DNA from: an uncultured bacterium
Lineage (GTDB): Bacteria; Krumholzibacteriota; Krumholzibacteriia; LZORAL124-64-63
NCBI GenBank assembly: GCA_963727525.1
Contig: CAVSGO010000005.1
Span: 32,001 to 96,000 of the forward strand
Direction: 5' to 3'
Length of the DNA: 64,000 nucleotides
The notes below the pieces were generated by a model, which worked only from the letters and a program-made list of their open reading frames with translations, was not told where the DNA came from and searched no databases. A program made the translations under genes and the position numbers. Of this stretch, positions 21,254 to 31,731 are shown piece by piece (positions within the stretch are counted from its first letter, which is position 1; each line of letters starts with the position of its first letter).

Positions 21254-24223
21254 TCAGCGCACGAGCGTGAGTGTCTTCACGCTCGACTGCGCCCCGGCGT
21301 GCAGGCGGGCGAAGTAGGTCCCCGAGGCCACGGTGCGGCCCATGGCATCGTGGCCGTCCCAGCGTACCTCGTTCAGGCCGGCGGGACGAGGACCGTCGAC
21401 GAGCGTACGCACGAGCCGTCCCTGCACGTCGTACAGGCTGAGCTGCGCGGGTTGCGCCGACGGCAGATTGAAACGCACCACCGTCGTCGGGTTGAACGGA
21501 TTTGGCACGGCGCCGATGAGAGTGAACGGACCCGGCGCGTCCGGCGTCGCCGTGGCGTTGCCGGAGTCAACGGTCAGCTCCACCGTCACCGTCATCGATG
21601 GTGTGGTCGGATCGTTGCTCGTGATCTGCACCGGCGCCGTGTACACACCGTCGCGGAGATTCGAACCGTCGACCTGGCAGGCGAGCGTACCGTAGGTCCA
21701 CGAGTTGACCGTTCCCGACAACGGCGTGATCTGCAACCACGACGTCGACTCGCTCGCGGACCACGAAAGGTCCGCGCCACCCATGTCGAAGAGGTAGAGC
21801 GGCACCGTGGCCATCGGCAGGCCGCTCGTGACCGTCACCGCGACCGGCTGCGGGGCGGCCACCAGCAGCGGCGTAGTGGAGCCACCGCCGGGGAAGACGA
21901 TGTCGTCGAGCCACGCGCAGTCGTCGCCGGACGACTGCGCGGTGGTCTTCAGGTAGCGCCAGCGGAACGTGTGGGTTCCCGACGTGACGGTCCGCGTGTA
22001 CTGGATCCAGTCCACCTCGCCCGACCATTCGCCTACCACGGCCGAGCCGTCGAAGAACTGCAGCACGTCGATGCCGCTCTGGGACGAGACCTTGAGCCAG
22101 AACGTGATATCGCCGCCGTCCCCGCAATCCACGACGGTCTGGATCTGCGAGTAGCCGGTGCCGGAAACCGCGCCCGAGTGCGCGGCTTCAGTGCCGGAGT
22201 GCACGACGTCCGACTGCACGTACCAGGGCGGGGACCCCACCTGCTGCCAGGCGAGTCCGGTGAAGTCGCCGGTCTCGAAGCTGTCGCCGGTGAGCGAGTC
22301 GAGGCGAAGATCGAGGTCGAGATCACCGAGGAACGGCACCGTCTGCGTGAGCACGCCCTGGGCTCCGGCGGCCACCTGCAGCGTGAAGTCGCCGCTCGCG
22401 GGCAAGGTGAGGCTGTACTGGCCGGACGCATTCGAGGTCACGGCTGCGATGGGGGCGTCGAGCACGGTGATCAAGGCCCCGGCAGCAGGCGTGGATCCGT
22501 CGGGCAGCAGGACCGTGCCGCTGAGCGTCGCGGATCCGACCGCGTCCATCGCCACATTCACGGTCACGGTGTCGCCGTCGGGCACATCGACGGAGGTCGC
22601 CAGGTCGCCGTAGCCGAAGTCCGAGACGCGCAGCATCGTGGTCCCGGCGGGCGCGAGGACGCTGTACGCGCCGGTGGCGTCGGTGGCGTCGGTCTGGACG
22701 CTGCCGTCGACCGACACGTGCGCGCCCTCGAGAGGCAGGCCCGTGGCCTGGTCGGTGACCACGCCGCTGATGGTGCCGATACCGCCCATCACGGCCGTCA
22801 CGGCCGCGTAGGCATCGATGAAGCCGTGGCCGTACGTATTGTCGTCACCGCCGGCGCCGAGGTCGTGGGCCGTGTCCATCAGCACCTGCTTGATGGTGAT
22901 GCCGTCGAGATTCGGGTTGGCCGAGCGCATCAGGGCCACGACGCCCGCCACGTGCGGGCAAGCCATCGAGGTGCCGTCGTAATACGTGTAGCCGCCACCG
23001 GGGATGGAGCTGTAGATGCCCACGCCGGGCGCGCTCACCTCCGGCTTGATGCGATTCTCCACCGGGCCGCAGTTCGGGCCGGCCGGGCCGCGGCTCGAGA
23101 AGTCGGCGATCGTGTACGGCGGCTGCGGGTTCGTGGCCCCCACGCTGAAACAATTGTAGATGGTGGTGGCGCGGTCGGCGGGGGAGCGCAGGGTCGAGGC
23201 CGTCGGCCCCTCGTTGCCGGCGGCGAACACGATCACGGGACCGGCCGCCTCGCAGGCATCCATCACGTTCCACCAGCGAGAGTCGCAGTCGGGGTAGCCG
23301 AAGCCCTCGTGCACGCCCCACGAGTTCTGCACGACGTCAGGCACGTCGTCCATCGTGTTCGGGTCGCCGTCGGGATCGGTGAACCACTCGAAGCAGGCGA
23401 TGATGTCGGCGTCGAAGCCGCCGCCCACACCCTGGGCGATGGGATTGGCGGCGATCCACTCGGCGCCCGGCGCCACGCCGATCGTGTCGTCGGGCGCGAG
23501 GCCGCACATCGTGCCCATGGTGTGGGTGCCGTGGGAGTTGTCGTCGGAGGGGAAGGTGGACGGCGAGCCGACCACGTCGAGCCAGCATTCCTGCCACGGG
23601 GCATGCAAACCGCGCCAGCGGCTGGCCAGCGCGGGATGGTTGCCGTCGCAGCCCGTGTCGAGGCCGCCGATCAGGGCGCCCTCGCCGCGGATGCCCAGCT
23701 CGTCCCACACGCGGCGCGCGCCCACGTTCACCACGCCCGGCGTGATGCCGATGCTGGTGGTGGCGGCGTCGTAGCGGGCGACCGGTTCGATCAGTTCCGG
23801 TACGAGGTTCGGCTCGACGATGTCGACGTCGTCGCGCAGGGCCAGCTCGCGGATGATGGCCGGGCTGGCGGTGACGAGCACGCCGTTGACGATCCAGTGT
23901 GGCCGGAAGGCTTCGATCTGTCCGCTCGCCTCGCGAGCGGTGAGGTCGGCGATGAAGGGCGCCTGCGCGGTCTTCGCGGCGTCCTGCAGGGTCTCGATCA
24001 CGATGGCGTGGCGTGCGGCGAGCGGCGCCTTTTGCGCGTGCAGACTGAGGTCGAGAGCCTGGACGTCGACGCTCCCCCGCATCACGAAGAGGACGGTGAG
24101 CGGCGTGTCATCGGTCTTGGCGGCCAGGACGTTCTCCAGGCGCGCCGAAAGCTCGCCGGCCTGGACGGCACCGGTGCCGAGCACCACGAGCAGACTGGTG
24201 AGCAGGGCGTTCTTCATGCGCAT
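21254..24223 (-). CDS. Secreted S8 peptidase (bacillopeptidase F-like) with a C-terminal FlgD-Ig domain
   Basis: LDTGCD, HGTHTMGTM, AAGNEGP, FSSRGP, GTSMACPHVAG; C-terminal PNPFNP...WDG. Confidence 0.92.
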   Translation of the reverse strand: MRMKNALLTSLLVVLGTGAVQAGELSARLENVLAAKTDDTPLTVLFVMRGSVDVQALDLSLHAQKAPLAARHAIVIETLQDAAKTAQAPFIADLTAREASGQIEAFRPHWIVNGVLVTASPAIIRELALRDDVDIVEPNLVPELIEPVARYDAATTSIGITPGVVNVGARRVWDELGIRGEGALIGGLDTGCDGNHPALASRWRGLHAPWQECWLDVVGSPSTFPSDDNSHGTHTMGTMCGLAPDDTIGVAPGAEWIAANPIAQGVGGGFDADIIACFEWFTDPDGDPNTMDDVPDVVQNSWGVHEGFGYPDCDSRWWNVMDACEAAGPVIVFAAGNEGPTASTLRSPADRATTIYNCFSVGATNPQPPYTIADFSSRGPAGPNCGPVENRIKPEVSAPGVGIYSSIPGGGYTYYDGTSMACPHVAGVVALMRSANPNLDGITIKQVLMDTAHDLGAGGDDNTYGHGFIDAYAAVTAVMGGIGTISGVVTDQATGLPLEGAHVSVDGSVQTDATDATGAYSVLAPAGTTMLRVSDFGYGDLATSVDVPDGDTVTVNVAMDAVGSATLSGTVLLPDGSTPAAGALITVLDAPIAAVTSNASGQYSLTLPASGDFTLQVAAGAQGVLTQTVPFLGDLDLDLRLDSLTGDSFETGDFTGLAWQQVGSPPWYVQSDVVHSGTEAAHSGAVSGTGYSQIQTVVDCGDGGDITFWLKVSSQSGIDVLQFFDGSAVVGEWSGEVDWIQYTRTVTSGTHTFRWRYLKTTAQSSGDDCAWLDDIVFPGGGSTTPLLVAAPQPVAVTVTSGLPMATVPLYLFDMGGADLSWSASESTSWLQITPLSGTVNSWTYGTLACQVDGSNLRDGVYTAPVQITSNDPTTPSMTVTVELTVDSGNATATPDAPGPFTLIGAVPNPFNPTTVVRFNLPSAQPAQLSLYDVQGRLVRTLVDGPRPAGLNEVRWDGHDAMGRTVASGTYFARLHAGAQSSVKTLTLVR

Positions 24224-24372
24224 GGGGCATTCCTTGCGTTGGAGGAATGGGCAAGGGGTGACGCTGTCTCGTGGACCGGCCCGGCTGCCGGGTTCGCGAA
24301 AACAGGAGCAGAATAATAGGGTCTCGTCACGATTCTGTCACGGGGCGCCCCGCAATGGGTCCCAAAGACGCC

Positions 24373-24401
24373 ACCGGCGCCTCCCGCAGGAAGGCGCCGG
24401 T
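24373..24401 (-). terminator. Hairpin between the two S8 paralogues
   Basis: accggcgcct ... aggcgccggt. Confidence 0.5.
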
Positions 24402-24427
24402 AGCATCGCGAACCTCGCGGGCGCGGG

Positions 24428-27415
24428 TCAGCGCACCAGCGTCAACGTCTTCACGCTCGACTGGGCACCGGCCTGCAGCCGTGCGAAGTAGGTGCCCGAG
24501 GCGACCGCACGGCCACCCTGGTCCTTGCCGTCCCAGCGAACCGTGGTCTCGCCGGCCGGCCGCACACCATCGACCAGCGTGCGCACGTGACGTCCCTGCA
24601 CGTCGAACAGCGCCAGCGTGGCCTGCTGACTCGCGGGCAGGTTGAACTTGATGGACGTCTGCGGATTGAACGGATTCGGCATGGCGCCCAGCAGCGCGAA
24701 CGCGGCCGGCGCTCCATCCACCGCCGTCGACTGGCCCGTCACGAGGAGATCGACGGGGATCACCGTCGTCGGATCGGCCGGATCGTTCGAGGCGATGGAG
24801 ACGGACGTGCTGTAGTGTCCCGGAGTGAGGCCCGAGCTGCTGAACACGAGCGTCAGATCCATGTAGCCGCCACCGGAAACGCTGCCACTCGCCGGCGAGA
24901 CATCCAGCCACGGCGCCGATGTGCTCGCGGACCAGTCGAGGCTGCTGCCGGCCATGTTGAACACATACTCGGAAATCAGGAGCTGCGTGGGTGCATCCGC
25001 AGCCATCTCGACCATCACCGGATCCGGCGCCACGACGATCTGCGGCACGGGCGCAGCCCCGGGGAAGACGATGTCGTCCACGAAGCCGGAGTCGAGGCCG
25101 TCGGACACGCTGTAGTCCTTATCATAGGTGAAGCGGAAGGTGTGGACACCCGCCGGCACCTCGTAAGTGAACTGCGACCAGTCGACCTCGCCCGACCACG
25201 ATGCGATCTCGGCGCCGTCGACGGCGAAGATCAGGAAATCGTAGGTGGCTTCCGACGAGACCTTGTACCAGAACGACATCGTGCCGCCGGCGCCGCAGTC
25301 CACGGACGCCTGCATCTGCGAGTACTGGTTGTCCGAGACATCGCCCGAGCGCGCGGCGTAGGTGCCGCTATGCTTGTACTGCGTCTGCACGAACCAGTTG
25401 GCGGTGCCACTGAGCTGCCAGGGCAGGCCGGTCAGGTCGCCGGTCTCGAAGTCCTCGGCCGTCAGAGCGTTGAGGTAGAGATCGAGGGTCATGTCCTGCT
25501 CGAAGGGCACGGTCTGCACGAGGTTTCCAGCCGTACCGGCGGAGGCATGCAGGTCGAAGACACCCAGGGGCAGGGTGAGGCTGTAGGACCCGGCCGCGTC
25601 GGTATTGATCGTGGCCAGCGGCGTGTTGAGCACCGTGATCGCGGCACCCACGGCGGGCGTGCCACCATCGCCGGGGTTCCCGCCGGGCAGGTACACGATG
25701 CCGCTCACCGTCACGGACGGCAGAGGCGTCAACGCGAAGTCGGCCACGACGGTGTCGTTCTCGATGGCCGTCACGCCGACCGACGCGTCCGCGTAGCCGA
25801 AGGCCGACACGTTCACCGTGGCCGGGCCGATCGGCACCACGAGATGGTAGGAACCGTCGACTCCGCTGAGATCGGTCTGGAAACCGCCGGTGACGGTGAC
25901 GTGGGCGCCGCTGATCGGCGACCCCGTCGACTGGTCGGTCACGACGCCGTCGATGTAGCCCAGGCCGCCGGCCACCGCGAGCACGGCCTCGTACGCGTCG
26001 ATGAAGCCGTGGCCGTAGGTGTTGTCCTCACCCGGCGCGCCGAGATCGTGCGCGGTGTCCATGAGCACCTGCTTGATGGTGATCACGTCCACGTTCGCGT
26101 TGGCGGAGCGCATGAGCGCCACCGTGCCGGCCACGTGCGGGCAGGCCATGGAGGTGCCGTCGTAGTTTGCATAGGAGTTGCCAGGGACGGAGCTGTAGAT
26201 GCTCACGCCAGGCGCGCTCACCTCGGGCTTCACCAGGTTCTCGGCCGGACCGCAGGTCGGGCCGGCGGGGCCACGGCTGGAGAAGCTGGCGATGGTATAC
26301 GGCGCCGAGTGCTGCGTGGCGCCCACGGAGAAGCTGTTGTACAGCGTGGTGGCGCGGTCGGCCGGAGAGCGCAGGGTGCTGGCACCCGAACCCTCGTTGC
26401 CGGCGGCCCACACGACGACCGGGCCGGCGGCCTCGCAGCCATCGATGACGTCCCACCAGCGGCTGTCGCAGTCGGGATAGCCGAAGGCCTCGTACACGCC
26501 CCAGGAATTCTGCACCACGTCGGGCACGTCATCCGTCGTGTTCGGGTCGCCGTCGGGATCGGTCATCCACTCGAAGCAGTCGATGATGTCGCCGTCGAAG
26601 CCCGAGTTCACACCCTGGTCGATGGCGTTGGCGGCGATCCACTCGGCCCCGGGCGCGACGCCGATGGTGTCGTTGGGCGCCGTGCCGCACATGGTGCCGC
26701 AGGTGTGGGTGCCGTGGCTGTTGTTGTCCACGGGAAACTGGGTGTTGCCGCCCAGCACGTCGTGCCAGCACTGCTGCCACGACGCGTGGTTGCCACGCCA
26801 GCGGCTGGAAAGCGCCGGGTGGTTGCCGTCGACGCCGGTGTCGAGGCTGCCGATGAGGGCGCCCTCACCACGGATGCCGAGTTCGTCCCACACGCGGCGG
26901 GCCCCGATGTTCACGACACCCGGCGTGATGCCGATGCTGCGCTCGCCGCTCTCCTTGGCCGGCACGCGACGCACGGGCTCGATGAGCTCGGGCACCACGT
27001 TCGGCTCCACGACCTCGACGTCATCGCGCGTGGCGAGATCCCGGATGGTGGCCTCGTCGGCCGTGACGAGCACGCCGTTGACGAGCCAGTGCGGCGTGTA
27101 GCCGACGATCTCGCCGCGGTCGCGGCGGGCGTTGAGGCTGGTGATCAGGGACTGCTGCGACGCCCGCGCGGCGTCCTGCAGCGTGTTCATGACGACGGCG
27201 TGGCGGGTCGCCAGGTCGACGCGCTGATCGTGCAGGCTCAGATCGAGAGCCTGGATATCGACGCGCGTACGCATGATGACGAGGACCTTCACCGGCGTGC
27301 CGGGCGCGGTCGCGCCAAGGACCTTCTCCAGGTTTGGCGAGATCTCGCCCGCGAGCGCCGAGCCCGCCAGGAGAGCCACCAGCACGACGCTCAGGACGGC
27401 TTTCGTATGTCGCAT
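24428..27415 (-). CDS. Secreted S8 peptidase, tandem paralogue of 21254..24223
   Basis: LDTGVD, HGTHTCGTM, GTSMACPHVAG; same domain order and identical C-terminus AGAQSSVKTLTLVR; AAGGA RBS before MRHTK. Confidence 0.92.
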   Translation of the reverse strand: MRHTKAVLSVVLVALLAGSALAGEISPNLEKVLGATAPGTPVKVLVIMRTRVDIQALDLSLHDQRVDLATRHAVVMNTLQDAARASQQSLITSLNARRDRGEIVGYTPHWLVNGVLVTADEATIRDLATRDDVEVVEPNVVPELIEPVRRVPAKESGERSIGITPGVVNIGARRVWDELGIRGEGALIGSLDTGVDGNHPALSSRWRGNHASWQQCWHDVLGGNTQFPVDNNSHGTHTCGTMCGTAPNDTIGVAPGAEWIAANAIDQGVNSGFDGDIIDCFEWMTDPDGDPNTTDDVPDVVQNSWGVYEAFGYPDCDSRWWDVIDGCEAAGPVVVWAAGNEGSGASTLRSPADRATTLYNSFSVGATQHSAPYTIASFSSRGPAGPTCGPAENLVKPEVSAPGVSIYSSVPGNSYANYDGTSMACPHVAGTVALMRSANANVDVITIKQVLMDTAHDLGAPGEDNTYGHGFIDAYEAVLAVAGGLGYIDGVVTDQSTGSPISGAHVTVTGGFQTDLSGVDGSYHLVVPIGPATVNVSAFGYADASVGVTAIENDTVVADFALTPLPSVTVSGIVYLPGGNPGDGGTPAVGAAITVLNTPLATINTDAAGSYSLTLPLGVFDLHASAGTAGNLVQTVPFEQDMTLDLYLNALTAEDFETGDLTGLPWQLSGTANWFVQTQYKHSGTYAARSGDVSDNQYSQMQASVDCGAGGTMSFWYKVSSEATYDFLIFAVDGAEIASWSGEVDWSQFTYEVPAGVHTFRFTYDKDYSVSDGLDSGFVDDIVFPGAAPVPQIVVAPDPVMVEMAADAPTQLLISEYVFNMAGSSLDWSASTSAPWLDVSPASGSVSGGGYMDLTLVFSSSGLTPGHYSTSVSIASNDPADPTTVIPVDLLVTGQSTAVDGAPAAFALLGAMPNPFNPQTSIKFNLPASQQATLALFDVQGRHVRTLVDGVRPAGETTVRWDGKDQGGRAVASGTYFARLQAGAQSSVKTLTLVR

Positions 27416-27640
27416 GTGGGGTTCCTTCGGTTGCGTGCGAACGATAGCAAACGCCGACCACGCCGATGGACGTGGCGGCCGCATGGATTCGCCTTCCATT
27501 CAACCAGAAAACCATTGCGAAACCTTCACGATTCGCGAATTTTCTACCCCTCATTAAAGATCAAACGTAGACCATGGCCCCGCCGGCACACGCGTGCTAT
27601 TCTCTTGTCCGGACTGTGTTTCCCAAGCAAGGAGATCACG

Positions 27641-28414
27641 ATGGACCACTCCCGGATCGCCCTCATCACGGGCGCCAGCGCAGGTATCGGCCGCGCCTGC
27701 GCCGCGGCCCTGGCTGAGGAAGGCTATCGTCTCATCCTGGCCGCCCGGCGTGCCGACCGCCTTGCCGAGCTGATTCGATCCCTGGGGGCCGACCACGGCA
27801 CCGAGTGCCGGACCCTGGCTCTCGACGTGCGCGACCGCACCGCCGTCGACGAGTCCATCGCGGGTCTCCCCGCCGACTGGCAGGCGATCGACCTGCTGGT
27901 GAACAATGCGGGCCTCAGCCGTGGCCTCGACCGGCTACCGGCGGGGGAACCGACGGACTGGGACGAGATGATCGATACGAACGTGAAGGGACTGCTCTGG
28001 GTCACCCGGGCGGTGCTGCCCGGCATGGTGGCGCGCGACCGCGGCACGATCGTCAACATCGGGTCGATCAGCGGGCACCAGGTCTACGCGGGCGGCGCCG
28101 TGTACTGCGCCACCAAGCATGCCGTGGCGGCCATCACCCAGGGGTTGCGCCTCGACCTTCTGGGCACACGGGTCCGCGTATGCAGCGTCGATCCCGGTCT
28201 GGTGGAATCGGATTTCTCGCTCGTGCGCTTCCACGGCGACAAGACGCGTGCCGACGCGGTCTACACGGCCTATCCGCCGTTGCAACCGCGCGACGTGGCC
28301 GCCTGCGTGGTGTTCTGCGCAACGCGTCCCGATCACGTGGCCGTGATGGACCTGATCGCGATGCCCCAGGACCAGGCATCGGTATACGCGAGCCACCCCC
28401 GGGGCACGAGTTGA
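27641..28414 (+). CDS. SDR oxidoreductase (YdfG-like NADP-dependent 3-hydroxy acid dehydrogenase)
   Basis: TGASAGIG, NNAGLSRG, NIGSISG, YCATK; AAGGAG RBS. Confidence 0.92.
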   Translation: MDHSRIALITGASAGIGRACAAALAEEGYRLILAARRADRLAELIRSLGADHGTECRTLALDVRDRTAVDESIAGLPADWQAIDLLVNNAGLSRGLDRLPAGEPTDWDEMIDTNVKGLLWVTRAVLPGMVARDRGTIVNIGSISGHQVYAGGAVYCATKHAVAAITQGLRLDLLGTRVRVCSVDPGLVESDFSLVRFHGDKTRADAVYTAYPPLQPRDVAACVVFCATRPDHVAVMDLIAMPQDQASVYASHPRGTS

Positions 28415-28426
28415 TCCGCAAGAGAT

Positions 28427-30658
28427 CTAGGCCGTGGGCGCGGGCCCGATAGCCACGATCTCCCACTCCCGGTGATCGGCGCCGTCGCCATAGGCGACGG
28501 TGTCGCCGACGCGGTGTCCCATGAAGGCCAGAGCCAGGGGCGCGCGGTAGAAGAGGATATGCCGTTCGGCATCGGAATCCCAGGGACCGAGGAAGGTGAA
28601 GGTGACCTCGTCCCCGCCCACGAAGTCACGCGCCGTGATCTGCGTGCCGATGTTCACGTGGTCGCTGCCTGAGAGATCCTTGTCGATCACACGGGCCAGC
28701 TTCAGTTCGTTCTCCATCGTGGTCGCCCGGCTCGCGAGCTGATCACGCTTCTCGAGGGCCGCCGTGAACTCGGAGTTCTCGCTGAGATCGCCGAAGCTCG
28801 CCGCCTCGCCGATCTGCTTGGCCACCTCGGGAATCTCCACGTCGATGATGTGACCGAACTGCTCCTGCCGGCGCCGCATGCCGCTGGCCGACGTGTAGAG
28901 CACCGATTCGTCTTCCCAGGGACGGGCCATCTCGGTGAACAGCTCGGGATGTTCCAGGCGCAGCATGTGCTTGAGTCGCGAGCGCAGGCTCGGCTGCAGG
29001 CCGCCGTTGTTCACCGCAAGGTCTCGCAGACGCTCCGCCTGCGCGGACGAGGCCCCGTGGACCACAGCGAGCAGCGGCTCGCCACGTTCCACCATGACGT
29101 CGGCGCGTGCTGATTCGAGGATCTTGAGGTAGCGCTCCTCGCCGGAGAGGGCGTGCAGGTGGCCAAGGGCTTCCGTCATCGTGAGCAGCGCGATCAGCAC
29201 ATTGTACGGTGTCACCTCGGGAAAGCCCGCGAGCGTGCGCGACACCGAGCCGTTGCCGGCGCGCATGCGCCAGAGCCACGAGACGAGCTCCGGACTCGCG
29301 GTGGGCTTTGCGATGGCCCGGACCACGGCTTCGTGCAACGCCTCGATCTTCCCGCCCTCGATCAGGATCCGCGCGCAGGTATCGGCGTGGCGCTTGCCGC
29401 CGCGCAGCATCGTCGCCGAGTAGAGGCGATCCCAGGTCTCGGGCAGGGTTTCGCGAAGGTACTCGAGCGTGGGCTGCACGAGCGCATCCGGCAGCTCGAC
29501 CGCCAGCACGCCCGGGTCGGAGATCTTACCGAGCACCTGCTGCGCCGCACGAGGATTCGGCCTGGCCACGGGTACGCCGCGCGCCGCCACGGACGCGTGC
29601 ACCGCGAGGCCGGCAAGCGCCAGCACCGGATCGCCGGCCAGCGCGGTCACGGCGATCTTGGCCGCGCCGTTGCCGAAGTGCGTCATGAGGTCCACGTCGA
29701 CTCGGCCCGGATTGTCCTTGCGCGACGTCTCGTCGAGGTAGTCGAGCACTCGGCGCAGGCGATCGACCGGTTCTGGCGTGCGATCGAAGCGGCGGCGTAG
29801 GCGGTCCTCGTAGCGGTCTGCCTGGCGCAGGAGACGCAGGGTGGGCTGCGATCCCCCGGACATGGCGAGCATGGCGTCGTGCTTGATGACGTCTCGCGCC
29901 GACCGCCACCAGCGCGTCCAGCCTTTCTCGCCGAGCAACCGCGTGACATGCAGCTTGAGGTCCTTGTAGGCAAGACGCTGATCGCTGTCGGCCTTGAGCG
30001 CCAGCGTCACGAAAGCTGACGCATCGGTCTCCGCCAGCTCGCGCAGGTGGTCCGGATCGTACATGATGAGCGCCGGGAAGAAATCGGAGGGCCGCGGGTG
30101 GATCTTGCCGAGCGTCGTCGGTCCGTACTCGCTCGACCGGTCGTCGAAACGGACGCTGACGACCCCGTTCTCGGGATTGACGCTCTCGACGATCCCCGGC
30201 ATCACGAAGTTGAAATCCACCGCGTACGCGCCGGGGCGCAACGCCACGTAGGCATCGATCAGCGCCACCACCTTGTCCAGGCGCGCCTGCTCGCCGCAAA
30301 AGGTCTCCAGCAGCCGTGGCAGCTCGACGAAATCGGCATGAACCGTCTTGTAGAGCCGGATCAGCTCCGTGCGGATACCCTTGCCGTCGGGGATCTGACG
30401 TCCCGCGGCCCGGGCCGCTGCCAGCGCAGCCGTGTCATCGCCCGCTGCGGCCACGACCATCAGCGCCAGCTCGTCCGCCGTGTCATCGGCGCCGAGCCGA
30501 CCCACCTGCCCGGCGATGCCCAGCAGATCGTTCGCCGTGAGATCGTCCTGGTCTACCGCCTGCGGCCACAGCTCAGCGAGCAGGTCGAACTTCTTGCTAT
30601 TGGCGAGTTTACCGAGTTTGATCAGAGAAGGGGCTTTCGGAGCGGACGCTTCCTGCAT
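28427..30658 (-). CDS. greA: Long-form transcription elongation factor GreA (large N-terminal extension)
   Basis: C-terminal IGEAASFGDLSENSEFTAA...FLGPWDSD...YRAPLALAFMGHRVGD; about 580-aa N-terminal extension. Confidence 0.85.
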   Translation of the reverse strand: MQEASAPKAPSLIKLGKLANSKKFDLLAELWPQAVDQDDLTANDLLGIAGQVGRLGADDTADELALMVVAAAGDDTAALAAARAAGRQIPDGKGIRTELIRLYKTVHADFVELPRLLETFCGEQARLDKVVALIDAYVALRPGAYAVDFNFVMPGIVESVNPENGVVSVRFDDRSSEYGPTTLGKIHPRPSDFFPALIMYDPDHLRELAETDASAFVTLALKADSDQRLAYKDLKLHVTRLLGEKGWTRWWRSARDVIKHDAMLAMSGGSQPTLRLLRQADRYEDRLRRRFDRTPEPVDRLRRVLDYLDETSRKDNPGRVDVDLMTHFGNGAAKIAVTALAGDPVLALAGLAVHASVAARGVPVARPNPRAAQQVLGKISDPGVLAVELPDALVQPTLEYLRETLPETWDRLYSATMLRGGKRHADTCARILIEGGKIEALHEAVVRAIAKPTASPELVSWLWRMRAGNGSVSRTLAGFPEVTPYNVLIALLTMTEALGHLHALSGEERYLKILESARADVMVERGEPLLAVVHGASSAQAERLRDLAVNNGGLQPSLRSRLKHMLRLEHPELFTEMARPWEDESVLYTSASGMRRRQEQFGHIIDVEIPEVAKQIGEAASFGDLSENSEFTAALEKRDQLASRATTMENELKLARVIDKDLSGSDHVNIGTQITARDFVGGDEVTFTFLGPWDSDAERHILFYRAPLALAFMGHRVGDTVAYGDGADHREWEIVAIGPAPTA

Positions 30659-30826
30659 GGTGTCCTCACGGGAGATCGGTGGTCAAGAAACGCGACGACG
30701 CGCCCCAAGATAGCTACTCGGGGCGCGTCTGGAAAGTCGGTGTCTCGGTGACTGTGTCTCGGGACGGACGTCCAGGACCCTTACATCCGCGAGTGGCGAG
30801 ACGTCATGGAGCGACTCGGCGCACAA

Positions 30827-31474
30827 TCACTTGACCATCATCATCTTGCGGGTCTGCATGAATTCGCCGCACACGTAGCGGGTGAGATAGAGCCCGGTGG
30901 CCTGCGGCGCCCCCATGTCGTTGGTGCCGTTCCACTGGACCTGATGCCAGCCCGGAGTGCGATCCACGGCGAACTGCCGGATACGCTGGCCATGCAGGTT
31001 GTAGATCTCCAGCATCACCACGTCGCTCTCGCTGATCGTCGACGGCACGCCATACGCGATGCTCGTCTCCGGATTGAACGGGTTCGGCACGTTGGGCGGC
31101 AACCGGGGAGCCTCGGGTGGCTGCTCGGACGAACGCTCGGCATCGAAGTATACCGGATCCGACCACTCGCTCGTCGGCGAGGCCCGGTGCCTGCTGTCGC
31201 GTCCGACCACGCGCACGCGATGGATCACCCCCGGCGTGAATTCCAGCGTGCAGGTGGTGTCGCCCTGCACGGTGGTGATGAGCGACTCTGTCCCGTAGTC
31301 CTGCTGCACGTAGACCTCGTAGCTCACGGCCGGCGCCAGTGGGTGGCCATCACCATCTTGCTGGGAGCATGCGGCCCACTGCACGGTGACCTCGACCGCA
31401 TCCTGGGCCAGGACCACGTGGCTCGCGAACACGAGGGCGAGGGTCAGGATTGCGAACAGCGTCTTGGATTTCAT
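30827..31474 (-). CDS. Small secreted protein: Fn3-like domain plus FlgD-Ig domain
   Basis: Signal peptide; SYEVY...HRVRVVG...SEWSDP; VPNPFNPETSI...IYNLHGQRIR...WNGTND. Confidence 0.78.
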   Translation of the reverse strand: MKSKTLFAILTLALVFASHVVLAQDAVEVTVQWAACSQQDGDGHPLAPAVSYEVYVQQDYGTESLITTVQGDTTCTLEFTPGVIHRVRVVGRDSRHRASPTSEWSDPVYFDAERSSEQPPEAPRLPPNVPNPFNPETSIAYGVPSTISESDVVMLEIYNLHGQRIRQFAVDRTPGWHQVQWNGTNDMGAPQATGLYLTRYVCGEFMQTRKMMMVK

Positions 31475-31731
31475 GGCGTGATCCACCTCGGCATCGCGGG
31501 ACGAAAGCAGGCGCGGACAGCCGCGATCGACACGGGTCGTTTGCAAAGGTGGGACCAGAAACCGGCGAATCTCGCGATCAGGGGTTGCGGCACCAAGTGT
31601 TTGCCGGACATCGAACTAAGACGATGTTGAAGACCGTTTTCATGAGGAAGGAAGACCGAGGCGGCAGGATCGTTCGCACTCGGCAGGCATTGCCCAATGC
31701 ACGCATTGCAATCTGCCCGGACCGAGGATGG

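Noticed and set aside
21182-27640. Long plus-strand ORFs (21182..24316 and the first ~1000 aa of 24587..28414)
   Set aside because: Antisense to the two S8 genes. Only the last 257 aa (the SDR from 27641) is a real gene.
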